A DNA stretch of 64,000 nucleotides, from the NCBI RefSeq assembly GCF_006345805.1, contig NC_042999.1:22320001-22384000 (forward strand). Direction: 5' to 3'. Under the pieces are notes generated by a model, which was given only the letters and a program-made list of their open reading frames with translations, did no database searches and was not told the origin of the DNA. The stretch is from Octopus sinensis (Eukaryota). Each line of letters opens with the position of its first letter. The stretch's first letter is position 1. The translations under genes and the position numbers were made by a program. Of this stretch, positions 36,962 to 50,048 are shown piece after piece.

Positions 36962-37668
36962 TATATACACTAACCTCACACACACATATATAAAGAGAGA
37001 GAGAGGTATGGGAAGGAGAGGAAGGGGAGGTGGTTGTGTAAGAGCAAGAAAGCTAGACAAATACAGTCGACAAATAGACAAACAACGCTTAAAGTAAACA
37101 CAACTGTCAATATAGTTTTATTGGAAGAAGATCTCACTCAGAGCCTGTGCAACAGAGTACAATAGAAACAGTCAGTCGAAAGAGCAAAGAAGAAACGAAT
37201 CGGCAAACAGACGAATTCTTCCTATTATTTTCATGCTAGATTTCTATACTTCCACCTCCAAGCAGTAATGTATTTTCTTTCGCTTTAGGTGGAAATGTAC
37301 AGCCTTCCGAGATACGTGTGTATATCCTGCAACCTTAAGCGAATAAAACGTGCACTGGCGGTGGAGAGCCAAAGTTGGTTTAATCCATAAGATTTTGAAC
37401 TGCAAACGGGAGTTCGAATCGAATCGAATCACAACATTCCCCCACTTTGTTTTCCCCGTAGAATTAGTATTTGAAACACGTTACCAAAGATTGCCACAAG
37501 CCACCACGCACGCTAGGAGACACCCACTCGCCTGTTTGTCATTTCATATCCGAGATATAAAGCTATTAATGTCCACTTTATCGTTCACGAAATTTTATGA
37601 TGCTTAGACATTTGTTTGGAACTGCTCCTTTTCTTTGTTCTCTTCTCTCTTAATCAATGTGTAACATA

Positions 37669-37705
<37 letters not shown>

Positions 37706-37706
<1 letters not shown>

Positions 37707-37835
37707 ACATATAAGAGGGATGATCACTAAGAAAGGAATGTTCTTAAGAGAACATTCCTTTCTTAGTGGTAAGACCATAGCGGTTCTACTTCTAGCATAC
37801 GGATATCCACATAGTGGTCATCTCTCTTATATGTA
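37706..37835. mobile_element. Palindromic MITE with shortened left arm
   Basis: TACATATAAGAGGGATGATCACTA / TAGTGGTCATCTCTCTTATATGTA termini and central hairpin CACTAAGAAAGGAATGTTCT / AGAACATTCCTTTCTTAGTG. Confidence 0.85.
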
Positions 37836-38185
37836 AGTAATATAATTTTTCTGTATGTTCAGATTTTAATATGATAGACCACTGGTTTGAAATTGATATT
37901 AATCAAATTAATATTCAATTTTTCACCCTTATTATTTTATTTTTTTGTATATATGTGGAGGCGGTAAGGCCTAACCCTAACCCTAACCAAAATGCTTAGC
38001 GACATTTCGTCTGTCTTTACGTTCTGAGTTCAAATTCCGCGGAGGTTGACTTCGGATTCGGTAAAATACGTGCCAGTTAAATACTTGGATAGATGTGATC
38101 GACATATCTCCTTCCACTGAAATTGCTGTCCCTGAACCAACATTTGAAACCAATGTAATGTAAATATATGCTGTAGTCTGTAAAG

Positions 38186-38501
38186 AAGTGGAGGCGCAGT
38201 GGTTAGGGCAGCGGACTCGCGGTCAGAGGATCGCGGTTTCGATTCCTAGACCGGGCGTTGTGTGTGTGTTTATTGAGCGAAAACACCTAAAAGTTCCACG
38301 AGGCTCCGGCAGGGGCTGGTGGCGACCCCTGTTGTACTCTTTCGCCCCGATTTTCTCTCACTCTCTCTTCCTGTTTCTTGAGTAACGCTGCGATGGATTG
38401 GCGTCCCGTCCAGCTGGGGGGGGGGGACACATACGCCATAGAAACCGGGAAACCGGGCCCATGAACCTGGCTAGGCTTGAAAAAGGGCGCATAAATAAAT
38501 A
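38186..38501 (+). mobile_element. Chimeric SINE (variant head/middle plus family-C tail) with 11-bp TSD
   Basis: AGTCTGTAAAG at 38175-38185 and 38502-38512; inserted at the 5' end of another SINE (about 38511-38710). Confidence 0.85.
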
Positions 38502-38971
38502 AGTCTGTAAAGGAGCGTGGCCTGATTGTTAAAGTATACGCTCTCGATCTTGCGATGGTTTCGATTCTTGGACCGGGCGGTGCGTTATGTTCTTGAACAA
38601 GACACTTCATTTCACGTTGCTCTCCGATCACTTCGAAGTTGGTACACCGTGCACCTGTACAGGTAATATCGATATGATGGAGGGAGTGAGCTAATGCATA
38701 GCATGTACATTCTATCATCACCCTTTTACACATTTCAGTCATGTGACAGCGGCCATGCTGGAGCACTGCCTTTAGTCGAACAAATCGACCCCCAGGACTT
38801 ATTCTTTGTAAGCCTGATACTTATTCTATCGGTTCTTTTTTGCCAAACCGCTAAGTTACGGGGACCTAAACACACCAACATCAGTTGTCAAGCGATGGTG
38901 GGGGGACAAACACAGACACACAAACACACAAACACACACACATAGGTATACATACACACATACACATATAT

Positions 38972-39490
38972 ACTCTTTTACTGGTTTCAGTCATTTGACT
39001 GCGGCCGTGCTGGAGCACCGTATTTAGTCGAGCAAATCGACCCCAGGACTTATTCTTTGTAAGCCTAGTACTTATTCTATCGTTCATATATATATATATA
39101 TATATAAAGTTAATCCAAACAAGAAAACAAAAAAAAAACAAAAAAACACAACAACGCGAGGAACAAATAAAGTATTATTGGACGCTCAGGAAAGAAGGGA
39201 AGAAGGAGGGTTTAACGTTTCGAGCAGAGCTCTGCGTCGGAAACATAGGAGAAGGAAAGATCCCGAGAAGGGAAGACAGAGGAAAAAAATCGCCAGCGGT
39301 ACTCACGAGGTCACATATATATATACACGACGGGTTTCTTTTAGATTCCGTCTACCAAATCCACTCAGAAGGCTTTGGTTGGCCCGAGGCTATAGTAGAA
39401 GACACTTGCCCAAAGTGTCACGCTGTGGGACTGAACCCGAAACCATGTGGTTGGTAAGCAAGCTACTTACCACACAGCCACGTCTGCGCA
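38972..39490 (-). mobile_element. SINE family B copy interrupted by repeat P1
   Basis: Tail at 38972-39085 and head at 39322-39490; middle missing and occupied by (TA)n plus P1. Confidence 0.75.
39105..39315 (-). mobile_element. Repeat family P1, copy 3 (motif at 39210-39244)
   Basis: GUUU CCGACGC A GAGC UCU GCUC GAAA CG UU AAAC. Confidence 0.65.
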
Positions 39491-41431
39491 ACTGAAAAAA
39501 ATAGTTTGATCTAAAGTAGAGATCAATGCCTATGTGTATTAGAAAGATCGATTGATCTCTTCCGTCCTTGTCAAGGGGGAGTGCTAAACATCTCTCCTTT
39601 TTAGCAAGACAACGAACAAATCATATTTTCCCTTTGTTCAACACGAAATTACCAAATTCTCTTTCTCGAACTCGAGAGACCACCCTGATTATATTTTGTA
39701 GTCTGTTGACCCCTTTTTTTAAAATAACATTAATTTTAATCAACTAGATTTTTTGGAAATTACTAATTTAACAACTGACAAAATTCTGTATATATTTTAA
39801 TCATATGTTTTAAATTAGATTTTTTTTTAATTAGCATTTTAATTGCAACTATTTCATCCTTCTCATTTATCATAAATAGTTTCCAAGGAATTTGTATACC
39901 TTCGAGTTGGTATTGCTGTTTAACCCCATGTAAACACTGATATTCTCAATTTTTTCACGCATAATCTCCACTAACTAATCTGACCTTCCCATTTTAAGAC
40001 TGTAGAAAGTAATTTGAATATTATTTTGTCAGTATTTCTAACAGGTTGAGCGACCATGTAAAGGCTCTTGCTTTGCCGCCTCATACATCTTGTAGCTGCT
40101 ATGTCTTTAACCCCAGCTTAAATATTTAACACCAAATATGTTCATTCTATGACCATCCCGACTTTAATTCAAACATAACGCATTTAGAACTATATCACCA
40201 TTTGCGTCCTTTTGTGAAGATAGTTGGGTGAAATCTGAAGACGATTTGGTTGTTATATCCAGCATATGGGATGATACGCAGACATCTTCCTCGATGGATT
40301 GTATATGGATCTTATAGCTTCTAATTGTAGTATCACACCAGATCAGCCTTGAACGAACAAATCTATGACGAAAAGTATTCCTGCCATAACGGTCCAGTCT
40401 TAAATTTAGACATGCCGTAGTACTTGATATAGTACTTGATGTAGTATGCGCCCTTCATTTCTTGTGACCACAAGGTTTTAAAAATACCAACTAAATTCCT
40501 CTTATAAAGACTTATAACTGAATCATGTGTTCCCGGATCCATCATATCTCTATAAGAGACGCAATGGTCACGAACAGAGTACTTTTGACTATCGTATGTC
40601 CGCTTAGTCAGACCTACCTTTGTGCTAAATAACAATAGCAAAAATTCCAGATCATGATCAAAGATCGTACATTAAGATATCTTGCTCACGGAAAATAACC
40701 TACCTGACAAAATGTCAGCTATCCCATTGTGATATATGTTTTACCAAACTGAACGTAGTTTAACACTAGTAGACATTTGTTTAAAATCAAACACTTTTGT
40801 AACTAACATTGTAAAGATTATATCAAGGAAGGTTGAGCTTCTCAAAGATTGGCTACATTTCATGTAAAACCGCACTGAATTCGATTTAGAATGTACTGGA
40901 AAATTAGTGACTATTTTAGCTGAGAAGCTAACTTTCTCGCCGAGGTTATCATCGTCTTTTGACGACCAGAACTAGAAGAGAAGTTAAAATGAGAGGCAAA
41001 AGTTACGATCAGGATTTCAGCTCAGATTGACGAAAGGTAAAAGTAAATAGTTAGAATGTACATCATTTAGTTCAGAACTTTCCAAAGTGATCGATATAGA
41101 CTTTTTCAGAGGTCAATGGAAATTTGCATGGAGTCGAAAAATGGCTTAGAATCAGCAGTGGATCGATAAAATTCTAAAAGCCGACACAGTTCAAGGTTCG
41201 AAGACGTTGAAGAAAATTTAAATAGGTAACTGTATATATAACCCTTGGCTTCATGACACGGGAAAGATGCCAAACACAGCGCAGCTTACATATAGAGCTG
41301 TATTTTTGTATACGTGCATCTATGGATATAAGTATGGAAGTACTTATCTCTCTCTCTCTCTCTCTTTATCTCTATCTCTCTCTCACTCACTCTCTCTCTT
41401 TCTATCTCTCTTTCTTTCGTTCCTTATATAT

Positions 41432-41476
<45 letters not shown>

Positions 41477-41516
41477 ATATACATATATTAAATATTTATA
41501 TATATAAATTTCTATA

Positions 41517-41555
<39 letters not shown>

Positions 41556-41569
41556 TGTGTGTGTGTGTG

Positions 41570-41600
<31 letters not shown>

Positions 41601-42066
41601 TGTGTGTGTGTGTGTGTGATTGTAGCATGTATTTATATCTATATTTGTATACGAGTAGAATTATGTTTGAATATAAGGTGTTGTATTCACGTGCGCGCTT
41701 TGTAAGTGTGTTTCTTTACGATACGACCAGCATATAGGGGCTGCGCGTGAGAGTATTTACACTAGTGTGAGCATATTATGTATGTATGTTTATATATGTA
41801 GCCATGTGTATGTGTGTATATGCATGCATGTATATATATATGCGTGCATGTATATAACTTTATATTATGCAGACATATATACGTGCGCAGTCACACGCAC
41901 TCGTACACACTCGCACATACTCGCACGCACGCAAATATACACATGTACCTCTATAAATACGTACATATAATATGTGTATATACATACATATATACACACA
42001 TACATACACGCATACATGCGTACGTGTAGTTATATATATATATATATATATATACATTATATATGT

Positions 42067-42097
<31 letters not shown>

Positions 42098-42929
42098 TGT
42101 GTGCATGTGTGAGCGTGTGTGAACATGTGTATATATATATTAGAGAGAAAGAGAGAGTGGATGTGTGAGAAATGTGTGTGAGACTGTATGCACTGGCACA
42201 CACGAACATACACATAGTCATACACAGGATCACGAGCGCGCGCCAACACACCCACACATCTGTTTTTTCCTCGCTCTCACTCTCTCTCACGCTCTCTCAC
42301 ACTCTTTCTTCCCTCATTTTTCTTCTCCCTCCCTTCTCTCTCTCTCTCTCATTCCCTCTGTCTTCATTTATTGGCTGACTTCTCTGTATGACTGCCTGCC
42401 TGCTTGCCTGTCTCTACCAAGTTTAAACATTGCATTTATTAAAGAAATCGCGTTTATTAAAGTTTAATTGATGCAGGTTTTGTTGAATAAGGCAATACTT
42501 GAGACAGAACATAATTTCCCCTTGTTTGAATATCAGTGTCAACAACAACAACAACAACAACAACACCAGCAACAACAAAAACAACAGCAACTACAACATC
42601 ATCATCGACAATGACAATAGCGACATCAAGGACAACAACAATAACAGGAGACATTGCACTTGTAACAATAGCAACTTCATTAGCAACATTGTTATTAATA
42701 ATATTATCGATAACTTTTACCGTTATATTCGCTTCAGTCATTAGACTATGGCCGTGATGGGGCACCGCCTTGAAGAAATTTTTGTCCAATCTATCGACTC
42801 CAGTACTTTTTAAAAGCCTTGTATTTATTCTATCAGTGTTTTTCTGCAGAACATCTAAGTTACAGGAATGTAAACAAACCAGCACCGGTTGCCGAACGGT
42901 GGTGGGTATCAAGCACATACACAAAGACA

Positions 42930-43212
42930 CACGCCCTTCTCTATACATTGGGCAAGCGGGACGCCAATTGGCTGACCGGTTCGCGGAACACCTCCAAGAC
43001 ATCCGACTCAGCAATGACATTTCCGCTCTACCGGTCACTCTTTGAAACACCTGTCTGTGTTCGAATTGTCCTTGCACAGGAGCCATCCGGACTCCCGTTT
43101 GCGCCGTGAACAGGGATTAATTCTCTCTTTGCTCCTTTGCACCACATGGGTTCAACTCTCCTCCCCTCTTCATCTAACCTCTTCCCCCTCTACTCTCTCC
43201 CTCTCACACCTA
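42930..43212 (+). mobile_element. Penelope-like element GIY-YIG endonuclease C-terminal remnant with pyrimidine-rich 3' region
   Basis: PSLYIGQAGRQLADRFAEHLQDIR, then after frameshifts SLHRSHPDSRLRREQGLI and FAPHGFN. Confidence 0.85.
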
Positions 43213-43234
43213 CTTTATATATATACATGTAACA

Positions 43235-43268
43235 ATAGATAGATAGATAGATAGATAGATAAATAGAT

Positions 43269-43319
<51 letters not shown>

Positions 43320-43326
43320 TAGATTT

Positions 43327-43378
<52 letters not shown>

Positions 43379-43380
43379 CC

Positions 43381-43414
<34 letters not shown>

Positions 43415-43439
43415 TAGATAGATAGATAGACAGATAGAT

Positions 43440-43506
<67 letters not shown>
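43235..43506. repeat. (GATA)n/(GACA)n microsatellite
   Basis: Seen directly. Confidence 0.95.
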
Positions 43507-43574
43507 GTAGAAGCTCCTATGAAACCATAGTGTGATACATAAACACTCAACTATGACTGATATAATCTCTTATA

Positions 43575-43789
43575 AGGCTGCACGCTGGCAGAATCGTTAG
43601 CACGCTGGACGAAATGCTTAGCAGTACCTCGCCTGTAGCTACGCTTTATGTTCAAATTCCGCCGTGGTCGACTTTACCATTTATTCTTTCAGGATCGATA
43701 AATTAAGTACCAGTTAAGTACAGGGGTCGATGTAATCGACTATCTCCCCGCCCCTAAATTTCAGGCCCTTGTGCCTATAATAGAAAGGG
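43575..43789 (+). mobile_element. SINE family A short-form monomer with 12-bp TSD
   Basis: TAATCTCTTATA at 43563-43574 and 43790-43801. Confidence 0.9.
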
Positions 43790-43992
43790 TAATCTCTTAT
43801 ACCGTTGTTATTTATATAATTCTTTACTCTATACTCGACTTGCGCTTTTTTTCTGAATCATACGTATATTGAGTTCTAACACCAGGTTGTTGATATCGCC
43901 CTGCCCAAGAGAAATGATATGAATAAATGTATGTATGTATCTATTTATCTATCTTTCAGATAACAATTGAAATTAATTTCATACTCTTTCCT

Positions 43993-44403
43993 CTCTTTTA
44001 CTCTTTTACTTGTTTCAGTCATTTGACTGCGGCCATGCTGGAGCACCGCCTTTAGTTGAACAAATCGACCCCGGGACTTATTCTTTGTAAGCCCAGTACT
44101 TATTCTATCGGTCTCTTTTGCCGAACCGCTAAGTGACGGAGACGTAAACACACCAGCATCGGTTGTCAAGCAATGCTAGGAGGACAAACACACACACACA
44201 AACACACACACATACACATATATACATATATATATATACATATAAACGACAGGCTTCTTTCAGTTTCCGTCTACCAAATCCACTCACAAGGCATTGGTCG
44301 GCCCGGGGCTATAGCAGAAGACACTTGCCCAAGATGCCACACAGTAGGACTGAACCTGGAACCATGTGGTTGGTTAGCAAGCTACTTACCACACAGCCAC
44401 TCC
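43993..44403 (-). mobile_element. SINE family B, full length
   Basis: Head GGAGTGGCTGTGTGGTAAG through tail CAGTCAAATGACTGAAACAAGTAAAAGAG. Confidence 0.9.
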
Positions 44404-44634
44404 ATACTGAATTAATTTATATTGCTTACATGTCATGTGGTCTGCTGATAATCAAACAAGCCATCAGACAGTTACTAAGAAGTAACTCTATTATTTACAA
44501 ACCGTGTGGGGTTAGGATAATTCTGCAGTCTTACATGACTGATTCTTTTGTTTTGTTTTTTTGTTTGTTTTTTAGATTTCTGCTATATTAAATTCAGCGT
44601 CAAATTTCAATAAATAGTGTATATTCTTTTCTTC

Positions 44635-45222
44635 TCAAGGTAAAAGGCCCGAAATTTTGGGGTAGGGGGCCAGTCGATTAGATCAGCCTAAGTACCCAAC
44701 TAGTACTTAATTTATCGACACCGAAAGGGTGAAAGGCAAAGTTGACCTCGGGAATTTGAACTCAGAACGTAGCGGCAGACGAAATACCTATTTCTTCACT
44801 ACCCACAAGGGGCTAAACACAGAAAGGACAAACAAGAACAGACAAACGGATTAAGTCGGTTATATCGACCCCAGTGCGTAACTGGTACTTATTTAATCGA
44901 CCCCGAAAGGATGAAAGGCAAAGTCGACCTCGGCAGAATTTGAACTCAGAACGAAACGGGCAAATGAAATACGGCTACGCATTTCGCCCGGCAGACGAAA
45001 TACCTATTTCTTCACTAACCACAAGGGGCTAAACACAGAGAGGACAAACAAGGACAGACAAACGGATTAAGTCGATTATATCGACTCCAGTGCGTAACTG
45101 GTACTTATTTGATCGACCCCTACAGGATGAAAGGCAGAATTTGAAATCAGAACGTAGCGACAGACGAAATAGCACTAAGCATTTCACCCAGCATGCTAAC
45201 GCTTCTGCCAGCTCGCTGCCTT
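44635..45222 (-). mobile_element. SINE family A multimer with an irregular internal junction
   Basis: Two full units plus a partial unit and tail; extra head-like fragment near 44950-44995. Confidence 0.85.
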
Positions 45223-45524
45223 ATTATTCTACAATAAATTAAGTATCTGTCTAGCACTGCGGTCGATGTGATCTTTCATCACCCCCACCTCAAATTCAAG
45301 GCCTTGTGCCTAAGTAGAAAGACCTATTTTACAATGGTAAGGTGGCAAGCTGACAGGATCGTTAGCAAGCCGAGCAAAATGCTTAGTGGAACGAACTGAC
45401 GCAAAGCATTTCGTACACCTCGGCAGAATTTGAACTCGGAAAACGATGACAGACGAACTGACGCTAAGCATTTCGTCTGACGTTATAACGATTCCGCCAG
45501 CTCACCGCCTTAGTATTGTAAATT

Positions 45525-45800
45525 AATTATTTCTACTATAGACACAAGGCCTGAAATTTAGATGGGGGGGACAAGTCGATTACATCGACCCCAGTGTTTA
45601 ACTGGTACTTAATTTATTGACCCTGAAAGCATGAAAGGCAAAGTCGACCCCTGCGGAATTTGAACTCAGAACGTTCTGAGTTCAAATTCTGCCGAGGTCA
45701 ACTTTGCCTTCCATCCTTTCGGGATCGATAAAATAAGTACCTGTTGAACATTGGAACCGCTATTATCGACTATTCCTCTCGCCTGAACTTATTAGGGTGC
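45525..45800. repeat. Two headless SINE-A copies fused head-to-head as a spacerless inverted repeat
   Basis: Centre GAATTTGAACTCAGAAC|GTTCTGAGTTCAAATTC at 45672/45673. Confidence 0.85.
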
Positions 45801-47697
45801 CAAAAATTGAAACCACTATTTTAGAATATTTTTCGGCAATGCGCGGGGAAGTGGCGGCGATGACAATGATGATGATAAAAGAAATGTTGATAGGGATGAT
45901 TCTAATGGAGGTGGTGATGATGGTGGTGGTAGTGGTGGTAATAGTGGTGAGGTCAGAGAGGGGAGGAAGAGAAAAAGGCGGAAGAGGGGACAGATAATAG
46001 TAATGATAATCATAATTATAAATTGTAATTATAAATCTTATACGACCTACATCTCTACAAACATCATTTCAACTTCAAAACACGTCATCACACAAAGATG
46101 AAGGTGGTGATTATGATATTGATACAGGTGATATAACGGCAGTGATGGCGTCGATAACCGGGGTGGTGGTGGTGGTGGTGGTGGTGGTGGTATTGGAGGT
46201 GGTGGTTGTGGTGGTGATGGTGTTAATGGTCGTGGTGATATTAGTGATGATGGTTGTAGAGATAAGAATGATGTTAGCGCTGGTATTGGTGATGCTGCTG
46301 CCGCTTGTACTGGTGCCTCTGCTGCTGCTGGAGCCGGGTGTAATGGTGGTGTTGATGCATATAGTGCAGTAATACTATTAGTGAACCAGAAATGTTATTC
46401 CTGTATTGAAAAACTCTTGCATCAGTTGCTTTGCTACTTGCAGTGGAAACCATTCTTGATATTGAGGGAAAGGATTGAAAATTAAATATTTGTTATTAAA
46501 GGAAAGAATAGTCTTTTATTTATTTTATTTTCCTGAAATAAATAGAAAAATTTAAAGAAAAAGAGAGAGAGGGAGAGAGAGTGACAGAAGCAGGGAAGAG
46601 AAGAACTTGTGAGAATATATTGAAAGAATGATCTAAAGAATAAAGAAAAAGAGGATAGAAATAATATAATGATGGAATTTTTTTATTTTGATTTTATATT
46701 GATGTTTTTATTTTGATTATATTTTTATGTTTTTATTTTTATATTTTGTTTTTGTTTTTGTTGTTTTTTCGTTGTTGTTTTTCATTTTTATGTTCCTTTT
46801 TTCTGAAAAAGTATTTCTAAATCAAAAGAAGGAAGGAAATTTAAGACGTTGTGAGAGTAAAAAGGAAGGAAGTAGCGAAAGTTGAACAGAAAAGCAGACG
46901 AATATTCATTCGAAAGAGAGGGAGAGGGAGATAAAGGGAAGAGGGGGGAGAGGAGAGGGAGAGTAAGGGTAGAGGAAGAGAGGGAGAGAGGGAGAGAAAG
47001 AGAAATAATAAATACGAGCAGAAAAGAGCGAAAACAAAAAACAGCAAGAAAAAGCGGAATAATAGAATGACCGAATGAAGGAGAGAATGAAAGAATAAAT
47101 GAACAAGAACAAATAAAGGAAGACAGAGAAAGACAAAATATAAAAGAAAACTAAACGAAAAAAGTGTAAAATAGACAAAGAATGTAATTGAGTTATTTCT
47201 ATTAAAAGAAAACATTCTCTTATTTTAAAAGAAATAGCCTCACTATTTTTATATATTTTTAGTTTTGCTACATTGTTTGTTTTTGTTGTTGTTACTGTTA
47301 TTGTTGTTGTAGTAGTTCTTGTTGTTGGCGAAATCTTTGGTGTGGTTGTTATATAGCCGTTCTCTCTTCTTTGGTGTTGTTCAACGTCTGAAATATGTAT
47401 ACATACATATACCTACATACTCACATACACGCACACACACACACACACACATACTATATATATATATATATATAATATATATATATATATTATATATATA
47501 TATATATATATACATATATATACATATAAATATATACACACAAATATATACATATATAAGTATATACATATAAATATATACCATATATACATATATATAT
47601 ACGTATATATACATATACTATATACACATATCTATATACATATATAAGAATATACATATAAATATCTACACATATGTATATGTACAGGTATGTATAG

Positions 47698-47739
<42 letters not shown>

Positions 47740-47776
47740 CACTATACATATATATGTATAGATATGTGTGGCATAT

Positions 47777-47819
<43 letters not shown>

Positions 47820-47902
47820 GCATGCATGTATGTATGTATTGTACGTGTATATATACACACCAATTTATGTTTACATATCTTATATATATATATATAAACG
47901 TG

Positions 47903-47965
<63 letters not shown>

Positions 47966-48939
47966 TATTATATATATATATATATATTATATAAACGTGT
48001 ATGTATATATATATATATATATATATAAATGTGTATGTGTATATATAATATATATATATATATCTGTAAATACATACATGCATACGTACATACCTATATA
48101 CTTACGTACATACATACATACATGCATATACATACATACATACATACGTACATACATGCTAAGTCTTGAAGAGTTTTGTCTAAACATCCATTCCGGTAAA
48201 TAACGCCGTGAGCTATCTTCCATGCAATAATACCAGAAACAAACAATATGTCATCGAATTAGGAGCACAACAAACAGGAGCTGGAAACACACATAGATGG
48301 CGCCAATTCTAGTATTAGACAGGAAATGTCAAATATTGTATTAAATTATTTCTTTTACCTTATTTTGTTTTTTTCTTCCTCCTCATGCTGACTGGTATTT
48401 TCGTACAACACACAATTCAATTAGATGACATCGTTGTTTCGAATCAATCCCCGAGTATTTTACTAGTATTAATTTTATTAAATGGAAATGGGGTTGTTGA
48501 AAATGAAAGACGATATTTCCTATGTTCTCGTTACCTAGTGTAGAGCTGGAGCTGAACAGAGTATTACCTGGATTGTCAGTATTGTTATTGGATCTGTGTT
48601 TCTATATATCACTCTTCTACATCATGTGACTTGCTCTTTTGCCAATCATCGTTTCTCTCTCGACGTTCTCTGCTCACACATACACGCATATATACCAGAT
48701 ATTTAAAAAAAAAAAAGGAATTACATATGTGTGTGTAAGACTGAAAGTGTATTTAATTTTTCGAATTTCACGCCTTTGCGATCCTCAGGCGAGTACTCGG
48801 AAGATGACAGTGGTTTGAAATTGTAGTCGTGCGGCATACTCTCAGTTTCAGTTTCACTAAAATAAATCCGTGTTCTCTAAAACATGTATTGAGCACTCCT
48901 CTCCCATTCGTCCAATATAAACCAATGTACGTATGTATG

Positions 48940-49018
<79 letters not shown>

Positions 49019-49227
49019 ATATATTTATATATATATTTATTTATAATCACCCCGCATTATCTTATGGTTAACACCATATAGATTTCTGGTGCTTCTAAGT
49101 TAAGTACCGCATTCATGTGAATTCAACAGAACTCACTTGAATCTTAATTGGTTTTACTGTATATATATATATATACACACACAAAATAATAATAATAATA
49201 ATAATAATAATTAATAATAATAATAAT

Positions 49228-49781
49228 GCCCTGATGCAGTACCAGGCAGTGGCTCTCATGGCTTCTGATCTCAACAGATTGGAAGTGTTATCATGTACAT
49301 TGTTTTGTCTTGGTATAAAACATGGGCTACAGCAAATATTCTGCTCAATACCACAGATTTGCTTGTCAGTTGCTTGACCTTAACCAGTTGAGCATGTCCC
49401 TTAGTGGCTGACGATATGTGCATCTCTGATCACGAGCAGAAGTAGTGGGGGAGCATCATAGCCATGTGTTGAGAGGGATTCTTTGGGGTTTGAATAATTC
49501 ACCTCTGGAAACATGGGTGGTTCTTTCAACATCCTTAAACAACCCTTATTCAGGGACCTTTTGAGCAGGATGGGCTACTCAACCTGAAGAAAATTCTAAC
49601 TGGGCACCACCTGCAAGGTCATGTGCTGTTTATCTTGATATGAGATCACCATGTCGCGCACATATGGTTGTGATGCATGTGTCTGGAGTACCCTTATCAG
49701 ACGGGTAGTCATGATGGGTATATTGGGCTTCGTATATTTTACCCCAGTGTCACTTTGATGGCATGCACTGCTCTCTCACTC
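49228..49781 (-). mobile_element. Family D element, copy 2, inside an (AAT)n array
   Basis: (AAT)n on both sides; reverse complement aligns with 14784-15310. Confidence 0.85.
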
Positions 49782-49814
<33 letters not shown>

Positions 49815-49992
49815 GAGTAAAATAAATTAATCAATTTATAATCAATAATCTTACCAGGTACTTCGGTATGTTAAAAGAACCATATCTTATGCCAGTAGAG
49901 TAGTATTTAATTGCTATTTCAAAATTTCGGTATGTGATGAAACATTCTTGCTAAGCCCTGATTATAATTATGTTTATAATTATAATAATGTT

Positions 49993-50044
<52 letters not shown>

Positions 50045-50048
<4 letters not shown>

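Noticed and set aside
37970-37988. Telomeric (CCCTAA)3
   Set aside because: Only three units inside a SINE-A copy; not a telomere or fusion signature.
40363-40641. 92-aa minus-strand ORF
   Set aside because: No recognisable family; overlaps what look like degraded repeat copies (39910-40430) and a short local duplication.
45880-47300. Poly-Val, poly-Met and R/E-rich ORFs
   Set aside because: Derived from (GGT)n, (GAT)n and GA-rich low-complexity tracts.
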